Shown here in pieces: positions 12,501 to 19,341 of a DNA stretch of 38,024 bases. The notes below the pieces were generated by a model that did no database searches, was not told the DNA's origin, and was given only the letters and a program-made list of their open reading frames with translations. The DNA is from Seison nebaliae (Eukaryota): positions 1 through 38,024 of the forward strand of contig JALJEE010002390.1 of the NCBI GenBank assembly GCA_023231475.1, in the 5' to 3' direction. How positions within the stretch are numbered: the first letter of the stretch is position 1; each line of letters starts with the position of its first letter. Position numbers and translations under genes: made by a program.

Positions 12501-15500
12501 AATTTATACTCAATTTAATTTGATAAGAGATTGTAAAGAACCTACTCAATTTTTATGTCAATCAACAAATCATTGTATCGATAGTTGGTGGCGATGTGAC
12601 GGTTTTAATGATTGTCCGAACGGTGAAGATGAAATTAATTGTCATCATCTCCATCATAAATGTCCAGTACATGGAATGTTCAATTGTCCCAATTCCACTC
12701 GCTGTATTTCCCGTGCACAATTATGTAATGGAAATGTAGATTGTGATGATGATAATTTAAATGATGAAATATTTGAATTTTGTAAAAATTTTATTTGTTC
12801 AAAAAATTTCATTCCATGTTATTTATATTCGGAGATTGATGGAGGAGAAGGAGGAGGAAGAGGAAGAAAACCAAATCCTAAATGTATTCCACAAGAATTG
12901 ATTTGTGATCGACATCCACATTGTTTCCATGGAGAAGATGAAATCGGTTGTCTCATCAATGATTATTCGGAATCGAATCGAATTAATGAAACAATTATTT
13001 GTCATGAACATCAATTCAAATGTTTCGATGGAAATGAGAATGAAATCTGTTTGAATGAAAATAAGAAATGTGATGGAAGACAAGATTGTAGAATAGAGAT
13101 AACTAATCGAAATGAAACGACAAATAAATTGTCATTCGAACAATTATTATTTAATCATTTGAAAAGTATGGATGAAAATCCATCAAATTGTCGTTCCACA
13201 AATAATCCATGTCACAAATATCAATATAAATGTAAATTCTCTGGTGTTTGTATCGACATCTTTCGATTATGTGATGGAACGAACAATTGTCTTTTACCAT
13301 CAATTCAGGAATTTTTATTTTGGATTGAAAATGATCCATTCCATCAACATAATCCTCAACTCATCAATGAACATGGTCTATTGGATATTGAAACAATTCC
13401 ATCAATATTATTAGATGATGAGAATAAAGATATTTGTCGTGAAATCGAATGTCCAAAACCGTTTTTTCTTTGTGCTAACCGTTATCAATGTATTCCATAT
13501 AATTGGAGATGTGACGGTTTCAAAAATTGTGATGATGCATCTGATGAACAAATGGAATTCTGTCGAAACTTGACAAATGAAAAGAAGAGTCTTTGTACCA
13601 TCTCCCAATATAAATGTAAAAATAGTTCGATTTGTATTTCGAAACAATTCCAATGTGATTCTATTCCTCATTGTCCAAGTGGTGATGATGAGATGAATTG
13701 TACGAACATCGACACATTATTAGAAGAGAGACAAATAAATGATAAAACGATTTTAGAGAAATTGAAAATTAAATATCGATCAATGAACGATATTTATCGA
13801 ACAAGTCGAGAAGATTGTTTAAATCATCAAATGTATCGATGTATTATGAAAGATGAGAAAGATGTTCGATGTATTCCAATTTCAATGATGTGTGATGGAT
13901 TTGTCGATTGTCCAAATAATGATGATGAACATGATCATTTATGTGGTCTCATTCTTACTTATACTTCAATTAATCATGATAAATCGATGGATGAAATGAA
14001 AAAGAAATTAGAAACAAATCCTTTCACATGTTCCTCTAATACATTCAGTTGTTTAATTCGAAAAATTAATAATAATTCATTAACTAATCATAGTCCATGG
14101 ATAATTGAAAATTATCAAATGAGATGTCTTCCATCATCTCTCATTTGTGATGGTATTAATGATTGTTTTGATAATGATGACGAACGATTATGTCAACATA
14201 AGAAATTAGAAGTTCATGAATTATCATGTCGTTCACGTGGAATGCTTTCTTGTAACACTTTATCTTCACTCAATTCGATATCGATAGAAGACGAATGTAT
14301 TTTCACTGATCAATTATGTAATGGCAAATGGGATTGTCGAAATCGACTCGATGAAATTTTGTGTCATCATCCAAGAAATGAATCGAATGTTTGTGAAAAT
14401 TCGATTTGTGAACAAATCTGTCTGGAAAGTTCATCATCATATTATTGTGATTGTGTTGATGGTTATCAATTATCGATTAATGGATATTCGTGTACGAGAA
14501 ATGATCAATGTCAAATCGATATCACTTCTATTAGAATGATCAATCATTCATCTTGGAGTACTTGTAGTCAGAGATGTCTTAATAGTTTCATTTCAGAAGA
14601 AAGATGTTCATGTTTATCAACATATCGACCTATTGGTCATTATTGTCAAATGGTGAGAGAACCATTAGAATTTCAATTTAATTTTCAATCATCTTATTAT
14701 TCATCACTCATGATCGATTGGAGACGATATGTTATTCCAATGGAATCGATACATATCCATTCGAATGGAATAATTGAATGGAAAATGACTGATATTAATC
14801 AATTAGTCTCATTCATTCAACATCATCAATCAGACAAAACGAAAATATTAGGAGAAAGTTTTATTATGAAATTATCTACGAAACCAAACGACAAATTCTT
14901 CACATCAATTCGATCACAAATTGCCAATGATTCATTATTATTAGAAGAATTGACAGGAATATTAGAACATTTAAATGAATCGATTCAATTGACAGATATG
15001 GCAATTCGTCATGTTGAATTGAAAGGAGAGAATGGTGAAAGTAAACCAGATTATTTTCTTTATTGGATCGATAATAATATCAAAGCTCTTTTCTCCATCT
15101 CATTAAGAGAGATGGATTGTTATCTTCATCAATTAGTGGAATTTGGAGGAAATGTCGATCTTCTCTCATTCATTCATGTGATGGCTGGTGGTATTCTTGA
15201 TCCATCATTTCAAATGAAATTTCATGGAATTTTTGAAGAAATTCATCACGAATTAATTCTTCATAATCCAAAATATTTATCAGTCGATTGGCTCCATCAA
15301 ATGATTTATATCGTTGATGATGATCATGGTCGTCATCGTATTGTGAGATTAGTAGATGAACCATATCAAATATCATTGAATGGTGAAAATGATGGAAATG
15401 GGAAATGTCGATTTTATAAACGAATATTTCCATCTCTTCATACCATTTATGAGAATTATGCGAATCGTATTAATTTATTGAAACAATCATCTAAACTCAC

Positions 15501-18051
15501 AATCGATGCATTACAATTCCATTGGTATTTCCTCATGGAACATTCAATTCAACAACGAGATAATTATCAATTGATACGATTACAAAAATATGATATAAAA
15601 AATATTAAATTTATTCATTCAATTTATGTTGATCCAATATCAGCTTATTTATATATCAGTGATAATAATCAAATTTATCGAAGTCGAATTGATGAGACAA
15701 TGAATGTTATCCAACCACAAATTCTAATTCAACATCAATTATGGGAGGCAAAACGATTAATTGTTGATCATACGAAAAATCGATTATATTGGATCGATAG
15801 AAAAAGGAGGAAAATTGAAAGTTGTTCAATTCTTTTAGATATCGATGATTATCAAAGAAATTATTCGAGATTACTTCATTATCAATGGAATGATAATATC
15901 GATGAAACGCCAATCGACTTTCTCATTTTCAATGATATTCTCCATCTCTTTTTCAAAGATAATCGTCAATTGTCTTTCTTTAAATTATCAGAAAATTTCA
16001 AAAAGAAATTGAAAAAAATTCCATCGACAACAAAAACGAAGAAATTGGAAAATGTCAATTTCCATTTTATTCTTCATTCTCTTAATCAACCGTTCGATTA
16101 TGATTTAATTCATGAAATGAAAGAGAATTTATTTCAAAATTCTCATTATTTTCTCAAAAAATTAAATTCGTCATGTTTCCAACGATCGAATTCATCTCAT
16201 TTCTATTCGATGGAAAGAACGACAATTTGTCATCATATCATCATGGAGGAAGTACCATCAGATAATCATTATCATATTCCATTCATTTTTAAGCAGAATA
16301 AATATGTGACATGTCTATCACCAGTTCCATATGTAGAGAAAGTGGGAGATCGGAAGAAATCTAATGATTATTCGATAAATTACAAATGTCTTTGTCGATC
16401 TAATCGAAAATATTTTATGGAAGATTTCTCTCATAAACATCCATCAATTTCCATCAACAATCGAATGACAATGGATGATATTTGTATGAATGAATTCCAT
16501 TCAGTATGTCAAAATTTCTGTCTGAACAATTCCACCTGTCAACTCATTAATTATCGTCAATCCAATATTCTTGTTCATTCCAAAAACAATTTATTAGACC
16601 ATTCTCAAATGAATAGTGAATTTCATAATAAATTTTATGATTTATTATTAGAATCATATTTCCCTAAAAAGAATAATATTTCTGATAAAATTTGGCTTAA
16701 TGACGATTTACTCGAAGTGAAAAAGAATCTCATAGAAATGAGTTATTCATTCAAAACTGTCGACAAATGTTTTTGTTCCTCCTCCAGATTTTATGGACGA
16801 AGATGTCAATATGATCATTGTTCATTCTGTGCAGCGAAACCATTCACTCAAAAATGTTTATTAGATGACGACAGTTTATCCAACGAACAACTCAACGAAT
16901 TAATTGAAAGAAATGAATTCTGTCAATGTTTCTCCATGTTCGGTGGTAACGATTGTCGACAATCCGCTTGTAATTCTTTCAATTGTTCTCATGACGGTAA
17001 ATGTTTCATCGATGATCAATTCCTTCCTAAATGTCATTGTCCAACATCGTTTTCTGGTGATCATTGTGAAATGAGAATTGAACAATTAAATGATTCATCA
17101 AATAATGACGAAAATGAATTTTATTCAACATCATCAAACATTTACAACTTTGACGATAATGACGATAATGATGATGATGATGATGATGATGATGATTATA
17201 ATCGATTATTAGAGAATTCATTTAGATGGAAAACAAAAGATAATTGTCGTGGATTCTGTAAGAATTTCGGTAATTGTTATCGAAATAGTCGAACGTTCGA
17301 ATGGGAATGTATTTGTGCTGGGAATTATTCAAAATTCTGTATCGATTTACATGAAGTGAATATCTCTAGGAAATCGTTGAAAATTTTGAAGAAAATCCAA
17401 TTTCCTCTCTCAAATTTTATTAAACGAAAAAAATCCTTATTCGCTATCGTTTTATTGACCATTCTCTTTTTCCTTCTATTAATTCTTCTTATCAATCTCT
17501 ATGTGATACGACGTCGTCGTCGTTCCAATTTCCATCAATGGCATCATTTGCGAGAAGAACCTCCATCAGAACGACGAAGGAAAACTTTCTCTCATCGATT
17601 TCAACAATATTTGCCAACTGCTCTCCATTTATTCAAATCGGATGGTTATCTCGCCACACAATCTCAATCAACTGAATATAATGTGGGAAATGAAATAACG
17701 GAAGTTGACAGGAAACGTTTCGTTCAACATCAACAATCATTTCCTTTAACTACTTCATCCAATTCAACAACTAATTATTCACCAACCATCAATTTATTCA
17801 AATTCAATTGGCTTCATCGAATATTCGATCAATTCAACAAACGATTCTATCATGGATATCAACAACAAACGAATGATGTGATGGCACAAGATATGGAAGA
17901 ATTAGCCGATCAACGATCTCTCCGACAACGCAAATATGATAATGATGGAAATATTATACATGACGATGACGGTGAAAACGGTGAAGATCTCATTGTAAAC
18001 TTTAGTTCGTTGAAACCGTCATCGAATACCATCAACGAAATGAAATATTGA
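3529..18051 (+). CDS. Giant LDL-receptor-related protein, LRP1-like (4840 aa), single exon
   Basis: Domain order: signal peptide; N-terminal LDLa (CIDNKYRCNGIADCPPNDFSDELNC); EGF repeats; YWTD-type propeller motifs (VYWID, IIWSD, LFYTDW, LYWIDG); a middle LDLa group; a cluster of about 10 LDLa repeats (~12530-14365); a propeller; several membrane-proximal EGFs; TM helix LFAIVLLTILFFLLLILLINLYVI followed by RRRRR; ~180-aa tail. The short N-terminal LDLa cluster and multiple juxtamembrane EGFs fit LRP1 better than LRP2. Confidence 0.9.
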   Translation: MKFADKSHFLSILQILFIFKIFVRNETTLICSSNQFECNNSFSKCIDNKYRCNGIADCPPNDFSDELNCYINQTIQLNCDPHHYRFVRGECVPLNRICEMGQILNMKEKKDCDESKRLCNESNICDPSMQCIPLINSIQCGCSAEDIFFEAKKIFRKCPMKTNDDNQFNLFHSERDGCENRLCGKCEHNCVNGAECACYVPYRLFDNYRCQLNKELIKKNLLILSGEKLIIVKDLNSTYVVWKSDESIISITSCLSFDGRIKIFWSEKSSIHYGELSSTGNDIYRLIHHRIIYRTIVNSNIRSIVVDCFSENVYWIDIFQLALYRKSFHSNDEYDDNEMLYHFDELTNHLKFTSTLSIDQYQSIIFYTINCEIIMMDLDGNEIYRFKLNFNDHSCLSTFISMTIDIFSQKLYLFDINYSSIEECRYTKETIECRQLMVLETNVHIYSMAIHEHQLFYSNDKSLYHVDLTTVPTHSLWPLEYFTKNQSTINPYENYVNDYSTIIYSNNQYLLSISNVPMNEFLIFRERLPDLSMLSHQINRTNNTTLLQKFLDEKFSKLFDLNLVESKENETIRCDQLSIWNDKSKSCSCYVPYVMNNGNCEIGNFFSITIEMDRENVIDKFYRFSMNNFLVQHFPIVKQKYNELKMRMRSDIHFRVSLMMNGNRSKRIPLSHKSQYVVHDYFIWNQYIYYLLINLEYSYHFNFLLYRSSIIADSTKEELLYESKYFSSSIFDYNYRISVDGIIEEKFIYLSYPSSPNQSIIQLLELNKNDMKSSILMELDNVKITSLKIHESYRQIIFSSIKKEFEDDFIVEETTINSMDLDGNGMREIKKFKFVDDCQKKFNELKCSNLIKNKELLRESNSSENRRLNEIISIQIDYISSSLCYMRRIPYSINIPEMRVIYENVIDCLNLLNILTTSHIDIHPINIVDGIPIYIKNFQFISSNSNEYQIVLFDSFLNTIYSIPFSSDNSMTLKLENSININRHLLNNISQMNDLESDNDIDSEIKYHYGDIDSQLKTSLIQFLQQLPSLNNRRNSSIFYFHHQNINKINKLFYLQFTMKKMKMKQELGSTLIPKLYVAHEMNLFNSLILSINSHYSIIKRLNLFHNEEYLDRKNAEIKSLKSTKILSNCKEDEIILRLNSPSVTRQSVCLSNDELLKKRNISFIFFPNFQSNNNSFPFVAQQFHQTLFPFIYLLPNDLRHYLKSDEKIVKIFWKRTKNDEIDWNLIILKRFNHFTNSFQSFDNENENDYQLKLIGNQMDETIIDESIFFQKHKLFLKHINFNSIILFNNSLFYSIINLNISQFSKSSSGTLLELEVIEWNPIETTVLFSINFSLNNQIFWENEMEMENNDTNFFFHKTKNYLNENLINKPMDEMNDYFQLRISNDYILIKYMELNITYFHFFHKPTHNHSDGLSMEKLFHIKSEFVQLRLLEIFHNPKNNATQLIVIYLVRQTNMFEGQLCEFMSWRGCLEQFFTFSFIETDRIKLGFDNNRLLIIRTNGQFSSFSLDEVKKFKEKSLLLFLSHNILISNVDQYQISFPSEIISEEMKLIEKKKNSRNSFNYLVDLQVNNQSIIYEINGNYKYYDYRKLISMKKSDVMENGTLFLELFQISSSIILMSVSREIDGIYCEFNLIFHNYSKYFLTKYRIIKIEFPLSISISSKQLSFTNEFRQFLFILKLKSIDGNSDEQSIITFNIHRYNIQLFIDDIRDELIEQIITDRNVSYIIEKSREILNDIRSDIQYSSEDVIDYKISINLMKEMEELEINQRIFNGTFITKYNESEKVVWNWKSCRFHLKENIHNEKYIINEYYLIFPWQIIRFSLNDKKEKFLGELFWITDHHNKRQFDPFNQIEDVVFGKNFLIWWQTRKIFSNKFSEIFIKKISHKNEFFQIYSSLIFSTDLMEIEEIRLIDNNRLLLQLTNAFEKEEKFIYLLKIDDENDRMAPEVYIEMRVDVTNIGNPSNFHRIISRWKGKTFINDSDKERLSDNHLINELYLMTKSYSTNKLEKDFHENTKKFYDKIMIKDNSILQCPPKIIEGIISCQHQMQYSAYLRFYFESNKKLPMEHLRNNIISQCIRSEWICDGKVDCLDGSDEFNCDLMKLHLPRFSHDHVDDYENNNNFIPEFDCKKNRHDELIIVDDPMEIIDYRQRCDGKIDCENESDEWEEECKDLSPDRCPSPLIPCGNTSKCILESSLCDGIVDCVDGSDEDISITTNGRFNEKCRLQKKLMNKENVNRILLRECSSNLFHINENEMTTVERLPEKMKKKVRTYRPKYKFVRYIRCGDECLRESEICFDRYNCREDQKFCGFHQHSISPLEEHQLFRSHFNCDHNENELNSNTQWMCHNLEKCISGTRVCDGIVDCGDTSDEMDCRNSNNFTHDIYDQFYDLTIQPFNMEFCQSNQNNVIACYQCKNKCIEMESGSLKEYLPILNCLISAYSLSQSIINEEIFFFNSKINLLSIENMTMNQCVGFERNNKKFHLIKFFKNFLSIKVDEKSNQLFDVESSCLINGQSPCQGKNTICREQFPINEWMKNMRMNSLNHFFLFLSPLYRCECIEGYEFIDEYKSIDCKKIDECLLPITSSSSSSREDYIHWKMIEKKFERIHLPPNKCSSTQLDYSNFDNRFLMTDHHHIYLFDDNSKFLILDNGKAFLSTAYDMEGKYLYFAEMYHGPTKDYGVIKRIRFDIDNVRNIILPLHYFDSEIFLYHNIGLPECIVLDGNGGNIIWSDKKLSSIEMASLKTKHRKLLYETCEEQSFRALLFDEKRNMLFYTDWSKDPHIGGIDMNRRNETKRIVDNKKLMEFGLSIIWPNSLVGDDERLYWIDGRLGYLASIPYNGNLSQIIIYYSNHFQKENILLHSFSIMDGGEYIYVSDVYHKSIIRISKLSGIDMKEIHLNSNEIIHRKYRQMKEIETIFTFDSAPLSLRNIGKFSSRHQCHLLDCHGLCLMNENGQFCECDDEMEVIDGNGCRLKNYTINIVGLNECDKKMLKRINPIYTQFNLIRDCKEPTQFLCQSTNHCIDSWWRCDGFNDCPNGEDEINCHHLHHKCPVHGMFNCPNSTRCISRAQLCNGNVDCDDDNLNDEIFEFCKNFICSKNFIPCYLYSEIDGGEGGGRGRKPNPKCIPQELICDRHPHCFHGEDEIGCLINDYSESNRINETIICHEHQFKCFDGNENEICLNENKKCDGRQDCRIEITNRNETTNKLSFEQLLFNHLKSMDENPSNCRSTNNPCHKYQYKCKFSGVCIDIFRLCDGTNNCLLPSIQEFLFWIENDPFHQHNPQLINEHGLLDIETIPSILLDDENKDICREIECPKPFFLCANRYQCIPYNWRCDGFKNCDDASDEQMEFCRNLTNEKKSLCTISQYKCKNSSICISKQFQCDSIPHCPSGDDEMNCTNIDTLLEERQINDKTILEKLKIKYRSMNDIYRTSREDCLNHQMYRCIMKDEKDVRCIPISMMCDGFVDCPNNDDEHDHLCGLILTYTSINHDKSMDEMKKKLETNPFTCSSNTFSCLIRKINNNSLTNHSPWIIENYQMRCLPSSLICDGINDCFDNDDERLCQHKKLEVHELSCRSRGMLSCNTLSSLNSISIEDECIFTDQLCNGKWDCRNRLDEILCHHPRNESNVCENSICEQICLESSSSYYCDCVDGYQLSINGYSCTRNDQCQIDITSIRMINHSSWSTCSQRCLNSFISEERCSCLSTYRPIGHYCQMVREPLEFQFNFQSSYYSSLMIDWRRYVIPMESIHIHSNGIIEWKMTDINQLVSFIQHHQSDKTKILGESFIMKLSTKPNDKFFTSIRSQIANDSLLLEELTGILEHLNESIQLTDMAIRHVELKGENGESKPDYFLYWIDNNIKALFSISLREMDCYLHQLVEFGGNVDLLSFIHVMAGGILDPSFQMKFHGIFEEIHHELILHNPKYLSVDWLHQMIYIVDDDHGRHRIVRLVDEPYQISLNGENDGNGKCRFYKRIFPSLHTIYENYANRINLLKQSSKLTIDALQFHWYFLMEHSIQQRDNYQLIRLQKYDIKNIKFIHSIYVDPISAYLYISDNNQIYRSRIDETMNVIQPQILIQHQLWEAKRLIVDHTKNRLYWIDRKRRKIESCSILLDIDDYQRNYSRLLHYQWNDNIDETPIDFLIFNDILHLFFKDNRQLSFFKLSENFKKKLKKIPSTTKTKKLENVNFHFILHSLNQPFDYDLIHEMKENLFQNSHYFLKKLNSSCFQRSNSSHFYSMERTTICHHIIMEEVPSDNHYHIPFIFKQNKYVTCLSPVPYVEKVGDRKKSNDYSINYKCLCRSNRKYFMEDFSHKHPSISINNRMTMDDICMNEFHSVCQNFCLNNSTCQLINYRQSNILVHSKNNLLDHSQMNSEFHNKFYDLLLESYFPKKNNISDKIWLNDDLLEVKKNLIEMSYSFKTVDKCFCSSSRFYGRRCQYDHCSFCAAKPFTQKCLLDDDSLSNEQLNELIERNEFCQCFSMFGGNDCRQSACNSFNCSHDGKCFIDDQFLPKCHCPTSFSGDHCEMRIEQLNDSSNNDENEFYSTSSNIYNFDDNDDNDDDDDDDDDYNRLLENSFRWKTKDNCRGFCKNFGNCYRNSRTFEWECICAGNYSKFCIDLHEVNISRKSLKILKKIQFPLSNFIKRKKSLFAIVLLTILFFLLLILLINLYVIRRRRRSNFHQWHHLREEPPSERRRKTFSHRFQQYLPTALHLFKSDGYLATQSQSTEYNVGNEITEVDRKRFVQHQQSFPLTTSSNSTTNYSPTINLFKFNWLHRIFDQFNKRFYHGYQQQTNDVMAQDMEELADQRSLRQRKYDNDGNIIHDDDGENGEDLIVNFSSLKPSSNTINEMKY
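17152..17196 (+). repeat. (GAT)n coding microsatellite giving a poly-Asp tract between EGF repeats of the LRP
   Basis: gacgataatgacgataatgatgatgat... encodes DDNDDNDDDDDDDDD. Confidence 0.9.
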
Positions 18052-18063
18052 AATAATTTTTGT

Positions 18064-18112
18064 TTATTATTTTCGCGTCAAAATTATTATTTTCCCGTCA
18101 AAATTATTATTT
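18064..18112. repeat. 20-bp tandem repeat (~2.5 copies) just after the LRP stop
   Basis: TTATTATTTTC(G/C)CGTCAAAA at 18064 and 18084, with a partial copy at 18104. Confidence 0.9.
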
Positions 18113-18397
18113 CTTGTCTCTGCTTCCTCCTACTTTATAGTATTATTCTACAACATTTCATATAAAATATGACACATACTATTATGAATCTCAATTCTTT
18201 CATCAACTTTTTTTCATTCATTTTTCACGAAAAGATAATTTCATTTTATAATAATACAATTTCATCTATTTACCTTTCTATTTTTGTTGAAATTAATTAA
18301 ATAAATTTTATCATTATCATTTCAATCTCTCAATCTCGAATTGTAATTGAGAATTTCTCATAAAACATTTCTCTTATTTACTTTATATTGAAGAAGA

Positions 18398-19157
18398 ATG
18401 GAAGATGAATTTGAAGAAATAATTGACGATCTGATTTTACTTTTAAAAAATGAAAAAAATTTTAGGAATATCACAAATCGTTTATTTTCTTTTTTTGAAC
18501 TTGAACTACTTTTAATTCTCTTCTAATTAGAATCGTATAATGAGTCGTTAATGAGATGGATCATAAAAGAAATTAATAATAATTTCGTTAGTTCAACATC
18601 TTCTTTAATTGATAAAATAATAATGAATTTATTGGTAGTTAGAGAAAATAGAGAAAATTGAGAAAGATGAAGAAATTGTGAATTATATGAATTCATCAAT
18701 TGATTGTGAGAGTATGTTGAAAGAAAAATTGACGAGAGAAATGAAATTGAAATTATTTGAATTTCTTAAACAAAATTATAATTTGGCATTAATCGGAGTG
18801 CACAATTTCCCCAAATATCAAATCATCGCTAAATCGACGAATGTAGACGTCAGTTCGAAACAATTTACTAATAATAAAATAATCGATGCATTCTATGGAG
18901 GAAGTGATTATCATTCATTTAACGACATCAAATGTTCTTTGTCATATAATGCAAAAGAAGAAGTGAATGATGAGAAAAGTAGAAGAATAATAATAAATTT
19001 ACATCATTCTTCTGGAGTTCATTCGAAATTGATGAAAACAAAATTATCGATGAATTGGTCATCATTTCTTGTTGTATATAAGAAATTGGACAAGTTGAAT
19101 GAAACATTAAAATATTCGTCTCATTTGAAACTACTGAAATCTATCGGTAAATTATAA
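18398..19157 (+). CDS. Hypothetical protein (~218 aa), 3 exons: 18398-18479, 18531-18586, 18639-19157
   Basis: MEDEFEEIIDDLILLLK... joins ORF 18678..19157 in frame through two GTT..AG introns (51 and 52 nt). AATAAA follows the stop immediately. No family recognised. Confidence 0.7.
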
Positions 19158-19341
19158 TTGAATAAATTTTGCATGAGAAACTTCCATTTTTTCCGTTATT
19201 ACTTCACTTCAACTTTCTTTTTTTCATTCATCATCATAAAAATATGAGTGTTGATTCAATAAAATTATTCACAATATTCCTTTTCCGAGAGGTCAAGACA
19301 GGAAGAAACGAATTATTATTTATTTAATTATCCTTAGCCAA

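Noticed and set aside
3584..17221. Many short antisense or alternative-frame ORFs within the LRP gene, including a poly-His ORF
   Set aside because: They are shadows of biased codon usage and of the (GAT)n repeat, with no protein motifs.
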